Source of the DNA: an uncultured Candidatus Rokubacteria bacterium
GTDB lineage: Bacteria > Methylomirabilota > Methylomirabilia > Rokubacteriales > CSP1-6
Direction of reading: 5' to 3'
Assembly (NCBI GenBank): GCA_963789955.1
Contig: CAWBMV010000034.1
Span: forward strand, 928,001 to 992,000
DNA: 64,000 nucleotides
Shown here: piece by piece, positions 8,996 to 18,199 of the stretch
Numbering within the stretch: position 1 is the first letter of the stretch
How the letters are laid out: each line of letters begins with the position of its first letter
Position numbers and translations under genes: made by a program
The notes under the pieces: generated by a model
Told to the model about the DNA's origin: nothing
Database searches by the model: none
Seen by the model: only the letters and a program-made list of their open reading frames with translations

Positions 8996-9694
8996 CTACG
9001 CGATGTGCGGTGCGCGGTCCAGCCGCTCGGTGAAGGTCTCGTTGGCGCCCACCACCCAGATCTCCGCCCAGCCCTCGCGTGACGCGGCCTCTCCGTATAG
9101 CTCGCGGAAAGCCTCGATGACGGCCGGAAGCGCCAGCCACGGGGTTCGGATGGCATTGATGGCCAAGACCACCCCCGCCTGAGCGGGCCGCTTGCCCTCG
9201 ATGGCGTCCCACAGGCTGCGCGCCCCGTTGCTCGCCGGGCCAGGGGGCACGCTGGAGCCGAGTTCAATACCCCGCCAGAAGTCCGCCGGCATCTTGGGTC
9301 GAGTCACCTGGAACCTCAGGGGTGCGCGACGCCGATCGATGGTGTCCCGCGCTTCGCAATCGTCCCCGCCGGCCATCGGCTCCTTGAGGCGTACAGGAGC
9401 GCCCCACGTTCGACCGTTCGTATTGAGCCGGCGAATCAGAAACTGGGCTGTATCGAGCGTGAGGTCCTCGCCCTCGGACTTCCTTCCGCTCGCGGAGGCG
9501 CGCTCGATGATCCCGTTGTTGATCTCTGCAGCCGCGTCCCAGCCTCGGCTGTCGGAGCTGCTGATCCCGTCCCTGGTCGGGCCGTGGACGTGGGCGACGA
9601 TCCCCTCGCCCTTGACCGCGTAACTCCCCGTGTCGGCAGTGAGGGTTATGTGCCGCGGCTTCTCTTCGTCGCCCGGTCCCTGATGTTCGGTCAT
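8996..9694 (-). CDS. Hypothetical protein, possible PD-(D/E)XK-like fold
   Basis: E...GDDCEA...LRFQVTR...AIEGK...VVLAIN...EIWVV. Confidence 0.5.
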   Translation of the reverse strand: MTEHQGPGDEEKPRHITLTADTGSYAVKGEGIVAHVHGPTRDGISSSDSRGWDAAAEINNGIIERASASGRKSEGEDLTLDTAQFLIRRLNTNGRTWGAPVRLKEPMAGGDDCEARDTIDRRRAPLRFQVTRPKMPADFWRGIELGSSVPPGPASNGARSLWDAIEGKRPAQAGVVLAINAIRTPWLALPAVIEAFRELYGEAASREGWAEIWVVGANETFTERLDRAPHIA

Positions 9695-9979
9695 AGCGTT
9701 TCTGCACTCTACCATCCACCCATCGCAGTGCGGAGCGACGGCTGCTAGTTGACTTGATCGCCTGATCTGCGTGACCATGTCTCAGCGGCGACTCCACCCC
9801 ACTCCGAGTAATCCCCACCCCACTCCACCGCCGCGCGATTCGAGTTCTGTCTGGAAGCGGACGTCTATGCTGAGGACAAGGATCCCGCGCGGACGCACCG
9901 CGCACAGATTCAAGTTCGACCCCCTCACGAGTGGCGAGATCAAGGCGTTGCAGTCCGTCCCCAGCGGTGCCGACGCCCA

Positions 9980-10130
9980 CCGCGCCCATGGGCCCGTGAA
10001 CACGACCCGAGGCTACACGCGCATCGTGAACCAGCGCCGGGCGGCGGCGGTCCGGGCCCTTCCGACCTTCGCCGTTCACCAGCCTGATTCATTGATCCCC
10101 GTACCCCCTGGATCATCGGCCGGTGAGTGA
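9980..10130 (+). pseudogene. C-terminal remnant of a tyrosine recombinase/integrase
   Basis: AHGPVNTTRGYTRIVNQRRAAAVRALP resembles the H...TT.xY box II; located at the island edge. Confidence 0.5.
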
Positions 10131-10189
10131 GGTCGCCGTAACCCCTTGTGGCAGCGTCGGAAATAGGCGAAGCTGGGATCAGGGTAAGA

Positions 10190-10203
10190 TGAATCATTGT
10201 TCA
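10190..10203. promoter_or_regulatory. Imperfect palindrome TGAA-N6-TTCA next to a -10-like TAAGAT, possible operator of the thiolase gene
   Basis: Seen in sequence; operator function is inferred. Confidence 0.3.
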
Positions 10204-10223
10204 GTTTCTCCTGGGAGGTCGCT

Positions 10224-11369
10224 ATGCGGGATGCAGTCATCGTGGGCGCTGTCCGAACGGCAGTTGGGCGCAAAGGCGGAAAGCTCTCGGGCATTCGCCC
10301 GGATGATCTCGCGGCGCTCGTCCTCAAGGACCTGGTCGCCCGACTGAAGGTCGATCCGGCCGAGATCGAGGACGTCATCCTCGGCTGCGTCGACCAGCTC
10401 GGTGAGCAAGGCTTCAACATCGCCCGAAACGCCGCACTGATCGCCGGCCTGCCCGTGGAAGTGTGCGGCACGACGCTCGACCGGATGTGCGGCTCCGGTC
10501 AGCAGGCCGCCAACTTCGCGGCGATGGGCGTGATGGCGGGTCAGTACGACGTGGTCATCGCCGGCGGAATCGAGCACATGACGCGGGTGCCGATGGGCTC
10601 CAACGCGATGGGGCCGGGCGACGGGCCGCTCTCGCCGAAGCTGCAGGAGCGCTTCAACATCGTGCCGCAGGGTATCTCGGCCGAGATGATCGCCGAGAAG
10701 TGGGGACTGAAGCGGGAAGAGCTCGACGAGTTCTCCGCGCAGAGCCACGAGAAGGCGGGCCGCGCCATCGCCGAAGGGCGCTTCAAGCGCGAGATCGTTC
10801 CGGTGACTCTACCGGACGGCTCGGTCTTCGACACCGACGAGGGCGTTCGCGTCCCGGTGAATCGCGACAAGATGGCGTCGCTCACGCCGTCGTTCAAGTC
10901 GGACGGTGTCGTGACGGCCGCCAACTCCTCGCAGATCTCCGACGGCGCCGCGGCGCTGATGTTCATGTCCGCCGAGCGGGCCAAGGCGCTCGGCCTCAAG
11001 CCGCGCGCCCGCGTCGTCGCGACCGCGCTCGCCGGCGTCGATCCGACGATCATGCTCACGGGCCCGATTCCCGCGACCCAGCGCGTGCTCCGCAAAGCCG
11101 GCATGAAGCTCGACCAGATCGATCTGGTCGAGATCAACGAGGCGTTCGCATCCGTGGTGCTCGCGTGGGAACGCGAATACCACCCGGATATGAGCCGGGT
11201 CAACGTCAACGGTGGAGCGATCGCCCTCGGACATCCTCTCGGTTGCTCGGGCGCGAAGCTCATGACCACCTTGCTCCACGAGCTGGAGCGGACGAACAAG
11301 CGCTACGGCCTGCAGACGATGTGCATCGGCTTCGGCCAGGGCATCGCGACCATCATCGAGCGGCTGTAA
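10224..11369 (+). CDS. Thiolase (acetyl-CoA C-acyltransferase)
   Basis: RMCGSG, NEAFA, GHPLG, MCIGFGQG motifs; RBS GGAGG. Confidence 0.95.
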   Translation: MRDAVIVGAVRTAVGRKGGKLSGIRPDDLAALVLKDLVARLKVDPAEIEDVILGCVDQLGEQGFNIARNAALIAGLPVEVCGTTLDRMCGSGQQAANFAAMGVMAGQYDVVIAGGIEHMTRVPMGSNAMGPGDGPLSPKLQERFNIVPQGISAEMIAEKWGLKREELDEFSAQSHEKAGRAIAEGRFKREIVPVTLPDGSVFDTDEGVRVPVNRDKMASLTPSFKSDGVVTAANSSQISDGAAALMFMSAERAKALGLKPRARVVATALAGVDPTIMLTGPIPATQRVLRKAGMKLDQIDLVEINEAFASVVLAWEREYHPDMSRVNVNGGAIALGHPLGCSGAKLMTTLLHELERTNKRYGLQTMCIGFGQGIATIIERL

Positions 11370-11407
11370 CCGCCATCGAGCGGCTCTAACCGAGGCACGG
11401 AGGGGAC

Positions 11408-11491
11408 ATGGCCGGCTTTCGTTGCGCGAAGTGCGGGAAGGTCGCGATGGCTCAGAAGATCTGCTGTGGCCGACCGATGAAGCGCGCCTGA
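11408..11491 (+). CDS. 27-aa desulforedoxin-like Cys4 micro-protein
   Basis: GGAGGGGAC-ATG; MAGFRCAKCGKVAMAQKICCGRPMKRA*. Confidence 0.7.
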   Translation: MAGFRCAKCGKVAMAQKICCGRPMKRA

Positions 11492-11493
11492 GC

Positions 11494-13791
11494 TCAGGCG
11501 GGGGCGAGCGCGTCCTGGATCGCTGAGTCGAGCTCGCCCGGACGGACGGGCTTGAAGAGGCACTTGCGGATCTTGAGCGTCTTCAACCGTCCGTGCTCCT
11601 CGTCACGCAGACCCCAGCCCGTGATGAGGAGGATCGCGATGTCCGCGTCGACCCGCCGCACGCGCTCGGCCAGCTCCCACCCGTTCATGCCGGCCATGCC
11701 GAGGTTCGTCAGGACCACGTCGAAGCGCCCCGGCCCGTAAGCGGTGAGCGCGGCTCCGCCGCTCGCCGCGGCGGTGACGGTGTGGCCAACGCTCCGGAGA
11801 ATCTCGGTCAAGGTGCCGAGCACCTTTGGGTCGTCGTCCACCAGCAGGACCCGGGCGGGCCGGCGCGCCCGCGGCAGGGCCGACTCGGGCTCGGCGCCGA
11901 CGGGCTCGCTGGCGACCGGGAAGGTGAGCGTGAAGGTCGCGCCGCGGCCCGGCTCGCTGTCGACGCGGATGTCACCGCCGTGCCGGCGCACGATCGCGTA
12001 GACCATCGACAGGCCGAGCCCCGATCCGCCCTCGCCCTTGGTCGAGAAGAACGGCTCGAAGATGCGCCGTCGGACGGCCTCGGGCATGCCGATGCCGGTG
12101 TCGGTCACCGTCAACACCACGTGCCGCCCGGCCTCGCCCCGCGTCGTGACCGTCAGGGTGCCGCCGTCGGGCATCGCGTCCAGAGCGTTGAGGAGCAGAT
12201 TCGTCATCAGCTCGGTCAGCGCCGCCGGACGGCCGTTGATGGTCTCGATCGTTCCAAGGTCGAGCCGAAGGTCGATCGGCCGGTTGTCGCGCGCGATCTT
12301 TTCCTCGAGGCGCGGGCGAATCATCGCCACCGCGTCGTGCACGCTCTGGTTGACATCCACTCCGACCGGCGGACCGTCCGGACGCAGGCGCGCGAACTGC
12401 TGGATGCGCCGGACCGTTTCGGCGCCGTCGACGGCCGCCGCCTCGACGACGTTGAGCGAGCGGCTGACGAACTGGGCGTCGTGGAGGCTCTGTTTCATGA
12501 GCTGCGCGTAGCCGAGGATCGCCTGGAGGAGATTGTTGAAGTCGTGCGCGATGCCCCCGGCGAGCTGGCCGAGGGCCGTGAGCTTCTCGGACTGGTGCAG
12601 CTGCTTCTCGACCTCGCGCTGGGCCGTGATGTCGCGCACGATCGCGATCAGGCCCTCCAGCCCTCCGTGGCGTCCGTGGAGCGCCGACAAGGTCACCGCG
12701 AGCTCGACCGGCCGCGGCTGCCCGGCGGTGGCCGTCGTCTGGAATTCGTGCCGCGGCGTGCCCTCGGCCAGCCGGCGCCGTGCCTCGGCGTAGTCGCCGC
12801 GCGGGAGCAGCTCCGTGATCAGGCGTCCGATCGCCTGCACCGCGTTGCAGCCGAAGATCCGTTCGGCCGCCGGGTTCCACTTCTCGATGCGGTCGTCGGG
12901 CGAGAGCGAGATGATGGCCTCGCCGGCCGACGAGATGGTCTGCTCGAGCCGCTGCTTCGTGTCGGCGATCTCGCCGTAGAGCTTCGAGTTGCGCAGGGCG
13001 ATCGCCAGATACTCCGAGAGCATCTCGAGGAGCTCGCGCTCCCGCGGATCGATGGCGCGCCGCGTGGCCCGGTTGTCGACGACGAGGTGGCCGAGCGTTC
13101 CCTGCATGTCGCGGATGACGCACACCACGACGAACGGATCGGTCTTGTCGACGCCGGTCGGCATTTCGAGCACGATGTCGGCGCTGTCGTAGCCGAGCGA
13201 GACCCGCAGCTGCTCGATCAACGCGGCGGTCACGTTCTGCGGATCGAGGTGGCCGACGATCGTCCGCGAGATCTCGCGCAGGATCGAGAGCTGGGCGACG
13301 CGGAGCGACTGCTCGTTCGCCTCCGCCTGCTCGAGCTCGCGGGTCTTGGCGGAGAGCTTCCGCATCTCTTCGACGAGCCGCGCGACCTGGCCGCGAGTGC
13401 CGAGATCGGTCTGTCGTCGCACGAGCGCGCGGTGGACGACGTCCTCGAGGTCCTGGCGCGAGAACGGCTTGATGAGGTACTCGAACGCGCCGTTCGTGAG
13501 CGCGTGCCGGACGGTCTCGAGCGACGCGTAGGCCGTGATCATCACGACCTCGATGGACGGGTCGGCGCGCTTGACGTGCCGGAGCAGCTCGAGCCCGTCC
13601 ATCTCGGGCATCTTGATGTCCATGATCACGACGTCCGGCTGAAACCGGCGGAGCAGATCGAGCGCCGTGCGCCCGTTCTCGGCCGTCTGGATGGCGTAGC
13701 TCGGCTTCAGCAGCATCCGCAGGGACTCGCGGGGACCGAGCTCGTCGTCGACGACCAGGACGCGCCCGAGCGCGCTTGCGGTCATGCTCAT
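11494..13791 (-). CDS. Hybrid histidine kinase REC-GAF-PAS-HisKA-HATPase-REC
   Basis: GIAHDFNN H-box; N, G1 and G2 boxes; receiver domains at both ends. Confidence 0.92.
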   Translation of the reverse strand: MSMTASALGRVLVVDDELGPRESLRMLLKPSYAIQTAENGRTALDLLRRFQPDVVIMDIKMPEMDGLELLRHVKRADPSIEVVMITAYASLETVRHALTNGAFEYLIKPFSRQDLEDVVHRALVRRQTDLGTRGQVARLVEEMRKLSAKTRELEQAEANEQSLRVAQLSILREISRTIVGHLDPQNVTAALIEQLRVSLGYDSADIVLEMPTGVDKTDPFVVVCVIRDMQGTLGHLVVDNRATRRAIDPRERELLEMLSEYLAIALRNSKLYGEIADTKQRLEQTISSAGEAIISLSPDDRIEKWNPAAERIFGCNAVQAIGRLITELLPRGDYAEARRRLAEGTPRHEFQTTATAGQPRPVELAVTLSALHGRHGGLEGLIAIVRDITAQREVEKQLHQSEKLTALGQLAGGIAHDFNNLLQAILGYAQLMKQSLHDAQFVSRSLNVVEAAAVDGAETVRRIQQFARLRPDGPPVGVDVNQSVHDAVAMIRPRLEEKIARDNRPIDLRLDLGTIETINGRPAALTELMTNLLLNALDAMPDGGTLTVTTRGEAGRHVVLTVTDTGIGMPEAVRRRIFEPFFSTKGEGGSGLGLSMVYAIVRRHGGDIRVDSEPGRGATFTLTFPVASEPVGAEPESALPRARRPARVLLVDDDPKVLGTLTEILRSVGHTVTAAASGGAALTAYGPGRFDVVLTNLGMAGMNGWELAERVRRVDADIAILLITGWGLRDEEHGRLKTLKIRKCLFKPVRPGELDSAIQDALAPA

Positions 13792-15743
13792 GAGGTGGCG
13801 AGCGGGAGTGTCACGAGGAAGTGCAGCTCGTGGCGGCCTTGCCGGACCGCCAGCTGTCCGCCGACCGCCTCGACGAGACGCTGGCTCACCGCGGGCCCCA
13901 CGTCGATCAGGCTCTCCTGCACCATCTGGACCGGATCGAAGACGCGCTGGAGCTTTTCGGGCGGCACCGACGCGGTGCGGGAGCCGACGAGGATCCGGAC
14001 GCCTTCGCCGCCCTCACGCTCGGCGTGCCGCGCCACCGAGACCGACACACGCGCCTGGTCGGGGGGCGAGTTGTGCGCGAGATACCAGATGAGGTATGAG
14101 AGCGCTTTTCGCAGCTGCGCCGGATCGATCTTCACGACCTGCGGCGTCGTCTCGCGGGTCACGTCGAGCTGCAGCGGCCGGGCGGGAACTTCGTCGACGA
14201 GCTCGATCGCGGTCACCACGTCGTCGACAACAGTGTGCACATCCACGGTGGTGAAGTTTAACTCACCTTCCGTCACGAGCCCCGCAAGTTTCTCGAACAC
14301 CTCGACCAATCGGCGCACGTCCCGACGGACGACGGATGAAAAATGTCGACGGAAATCGGGGTCGTCGTAGCGCTCACCGATGAGTTCGATGAAGGTGTTG
14401 ATCGACACCAGCGGATTTTTGATCTCGTCGGCGATGCGCGCGACCACGCGCGTGAGGAGCTGGGTCTGCTCCACCTGGCGCTTCTGGGTCAAGAGCTCTT
14501 TCTGCGCCGTCAGATCTTCGAAGACGAGCACGGCGCCGAGCGGCGCCCCGTCCTCGCCGCGCACCGGATACGTCGAGACCTCGAGCCACAACCCGCGCAG
14601 CGCGAGCTGGATCTCGTGTCGTCCGGCCGCGCGCCCGGTCTTCAAGGTGTCGAAGAGCATGTCGCCCAGCGGTGACGGCAGGGCGCGCAGATCCTGCTTG
14701 AGGACCTCGCCGGATGACAGCTGGAGAATCTCCTCGGCCCGGCGGTTGATCGTGCCGATGCGCTGATCGCGCCCGATGGTGATGACGCCGCTCGACATGT
14801 GCGCGAGGATCCGCTCGCTGAACTGCTGCTCGCGCTCGAGCTGGTTGTGCAGCGCGATGTCGCGGATGGCGGTGGCCAGATGCGACGCGAGATCGAAGAG
14901 CGTCTCGGTCTCGCCGCGCCGATACATCGAGCCCACCAGCGGCTGCCCGACGGTGAGAATCGCGACGAGCTCCCCGTGCGCCAGGAGCGGCACGGCCAGG
15001 ACGCTCTGAAGCAGCTTCAGCTCGCGCGTGATCTCCGGGTCGCTGAGGTCGTGAAGACGCGCCGGCCGTCCCTGGGCGGCGAGCCAGCGGGCCAGGCCCT
15101 GCCCGGCGTCCAGGCGCACCGATTCGACGATCGGTCGGGCGAGCCCGCGATGGGTCGCGACGCGGTATTCCTGCGCGTCGGCATCCGGCAGCAGCAGCGC
15201 CATGCGCGTCGGTCGCACCAGCTCGCCGATCGCGTCGAGGAACATCTCGAGGGCGCGCGGCAGATCGAACCCGGCGGCGAAGGCGCGCGTGAATTCCTTG
15301 AGGACCCGCGCGAAGGCCGCGCCTTCCCACGGCTCGTCGGGGCCGGCCAGCGTACCCGGCGCCCCGGGGGCCAGGCTCGAGCGCAATGCGGTGATCTCAC
15401 GGGTCAGGCGAAGCTTGTCGGTCACGCGTCGCAGCACGCCGTCGAGCTCACGCTGGGTGAATGTGACCGGGAGCGTGAAGTCGGCGGCTTCGGCGTCCTC
15501 GGTCGCCGCGCTGATGGCGACGGTGAGCGCCGATGGGGCGATCGACCGCACTCGCGCGACGAACGAGCTGACGTCGCGCGGCATGCCGGCCCCGCCGCGG
15601 ACGACCACGTCGATCTCGATGAGTCGCAGCGTCTTGAGGGCCTCGGCGTCGTTGGAGGCCGTGAAGACGGAATGGTAGCCGAGCGCGACCATCAGACGGG
15701 CCCGCAGCGCGTCGTCGGACGTGACGACCAGGATCGTGTTCAT
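13788..15743 (-). CDS. Degenerate histidine-kinase-like protein (pseudoREC-GAF-PAS-HisKA-HATPase)
   Basis: H-box reads RIADEIKNPL (H to D); N and G boxes eroded. Confidence 0.85.
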   Translation of the reverse strand: MNTILVVTSDDALRARLMVALGYHSVFTASNDAEALKTLRLIEIDVVVRGGAGMPRDVSSFVARVRSIAPSALTVAISAATEDAEAADFTLPVTFTQRELDGVLRRVTDKLRLTREITALRSSLAPGAPGTLAGPDEPWEGAAFARVLKEFTRAFAAGFDLPRALEMFLDAIGELVRPTRMALLLPDADAQEYRVATHRGLARPIVESVRLDAGQGLARWLAAQGRPARLHDLSDPEITRELKLLQSVLAVPLLAHGELVAILTVGQPLVGSMYRRGETETLFDLASHLATAIRDIALHNQLEREQQFSERILAHMSSGVITIGRDQRIGTINRRAEEILQLSSGEVLKQDLRALPSPLGDMLFDTLKTGRAAGRHEIQLALRGLWLEVSTYPVRGEDGAPLGAVLVFEDLTAQKELLTQKRQVEQTQLLTRVVARIADEIKNPLVSINTFIELIGERYDDPDFRRHFSSVVRRDVRRLVEVFEKLAGLVTEGELNFTTVDVHTVVDDVVTAIELVDEVPARPLQLDVTRETTPQVVKIDPAQLRKALSYLIWYLAHNSPPDQARVSVSVARHAEREGGEGVRILVGSRTASVPPEKLQRVFDPVQMVQESLIDVGPAVSQRLVEAVGGQLAVRQGRHELHFLVTLPLATS

Positions 15744-18199
15744 GCCGACACCGGAAGCGTCGCCGAGGCGGCGACGGGAAAGTCGACGGTGAAGACGGCG
15801 CCGCCCGCTTCGCGGTTGGCCGCTCTGATGCGGGCGCCGTGCGTCTGAGCGATGGAGGCGCAGATGGCGAGACCGAGGCCGGAGCCGCGCTCCTTGGTGG
15901 AGAAGAAGGGTTCGAAGACCCGCTCCAGGAGCTCGGCCGGAACGCCAGGACCCGTGTCCACGACGGCGACGATAACACGGTCGGCCGTGGTCGCGGCCTC
16001 GACTCGCACCATCCCCGCGGGCGCCGTGACCTCGTGGGCGTTCATCAATAGGTTGACGAAGAGGCCCTCGAGCTCCGCGTGGTCACCGAGGACGGTGATG
16101 GGGACCTGGCCCATGGCCGAGGACAGCACGATGCTCTTCTCGGCAAATACCGGGCGCATCGCCTCGATGGCGTCTGTCATGGGCGCGCGCACGTCGATCG
16201 GACGGTGCGGGCGCTCTCCGGGCCGTGACAGGACGCGGAGCCGGTCCAGCAGGCGCTCGATCTTGGCGATCTCACGGCCCACGACGCGACCGAAATCGGC
16301 CACGAAGCGCTCGTCACCCTGTCGGCGCGGCAGCAGCTGGGCGAACGTCTTGACCGCTACCAGCGGGTTCTTGATCTCGTGAGCGATGCCCGACGCCAGC
16401 ATCTCGAAGTAGGCGAGCCGCTCGGCCCGTTGCCGTTCCACTTCGAGCGCCTTCAGCGGCGTCAGATCGCTGAAGACCGCGACGGCTCCCAGCACGACGC
16501 CGGCCTGATCGTGCAGCGGCGACGTCGCGCAGATGACCGGCCGTGTGGTGGCGCCGTCGGACAGCTCGGCCTCGGGCTGCGTTCGAGCGCCGCCACCGGC
16601 GATCGTCTCGGCGAGCATCTCGCTCAGGCATGCCGGCAGCACGCTCAGCGGCTGGTACCGAACGCTCTCACCGGCCAGCCCCGTCAGCTGCGCCGCGGCC
16701 CGGTTGAAGAGGGTGACCTGCCCGCTCGCGTCGACCGCCACGACCCCGCTCTCGATCGTGGAGACGATGTTGTTGAGGTGCTCGTTGGCGAGGAGCACTT
16801 GCGCGTAGAGCTGCGCGTTCTTCACCGCGACGCCGGCCTGATTGGCAAGCGTCATCAGGAGATCGAGATCCTGGGGATAGAAGGGATCGCCCGAGAGCTT
16901 CGGCCCGACCACGATAGCCCCGATGACGCGCGCTTCGGAGATGAGCGGCAGGACGAGCGCCCAGTTGAGGCGCGAGAGCGTCTCGTGCAGCCGCTCGCGC
17001 GGCGACGGTCGGCCGTTCGTGGGCGATCTCGTCCGTCAGCAGAAGGTCCTTGGTCTGGGTCAGCGCGGCGATGATCTCTTCGGGCGCCGCCTCGGGCGTA
17101 TCGAAGTGACTCTGCGCATGGCGCTTCTCGGCGATCGCCCGCCGCAATCGTGGCCCGGGCTCGGAGGTTCCGGCCTGCAGGTAGACGGCGGCGCCCTCCG
17201 AGTTCGTCGACGTCGCCACGGTGTAGTTCACGAACTGGAGCAGCACCTTGAGATCGAGAACACGCGTCAGCGCCTCGCTCGCTTCCCGCAGCGTGCGCTG
17301 GTAGTTCACGCGGGTGCGGTAGACGTAGCGATCGAGGAGCCGCCCCGCGGCGTCGCGCGTGAGGGGGATGAGGATGCCGACGGCGACGACGGCGACGATG
17401 AGAGCGCCCAGCTCGTCGGCGTCGAGCTGATCCGAGAGCCTCGGCCAGGCCAGCGCGAGCAGACCGCCCACCGGGACGAGCGAAACCGCTAGCGCCAGCG
17501 TGAACGTCAGGCCTCGGTGAATGACCAGGCGGACGTCCATGACGCGGTGGCGGATGATGCCGTGAGCGATGAGCGCGACGAACGCAAGTGAGAAAAGTGG
17601 CCCAATCCAGTTGATACGCCGTGATGCCGGAGACGATTGGGAGCACAAGGTTTGCGACAATTCCACCGCTAGTGCTGACCACGAATCCCAAAGCGAGATA
17701 GAGGAGTTGGATCCGAGCCGACCCCTTAGAGCGCGACCACTTCGAGAGGAGGACGATAAGGGCCGCGAGCCACGAGAGGAGAAAGTAGATGGCGAACAGC
17801 GGGTATAGGGAACCCGTCTGCCTTATCCGGGCCTGCGTCCGTTGTCAGCGCGTCCTTTACGATCAACTTCGTGGTCAGAGAAACAATGGCGAAACAGACG
17901 CCCAGCGCGAAGCACAGCTGGAGAACACGCGGCCCGAGCCATTTCGTGGGCGTTGGGTAGTAGCGAACAAAAGCGAGAAACGCCGCAGGCACGAGGCTAG
18001 CGCCCGCGAATGCTGTTGTTGCCCAGAAGACAAGATTCCCTCCGGAATAGAAGAGGCCGACTCCCAAGATCCAGATCGCACTGAAGAGCGTGAACGCTCC
18101 AAATGATCGATGCGATGAGGCTTCAGGGCGGGCGCGCCAAACGAGTATCCCAAGCCCGAGGACCATGCAAGCGACCAGGCATAGTGACGCCTGAATCAT
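15740..18199 (-). CDS. Membrane sensor histidine kinase (7TM-GAF-PAS-HisKA-HATPase), about three frameshifts
   Basis: ORF pieces 17726..18199, 16855..17691, 16668..17666 and 15740..16912 are colinear with the neighbouring paralog; GIAHEIKNPL. Confidence 0.85.

Noticed and set aside
1..10130. Classical integron cassette array
   Set aside because: No attC-like inverted repeats between genes and no intact intI were seen.
11593..14370. 925-aa plus-strand ORF, and similar long ORFs such as 41294..44215 and 24728..26326
   Set aside because: Antisense shadows of well-supported genes in high-GC DNA; no recognisable motifs.
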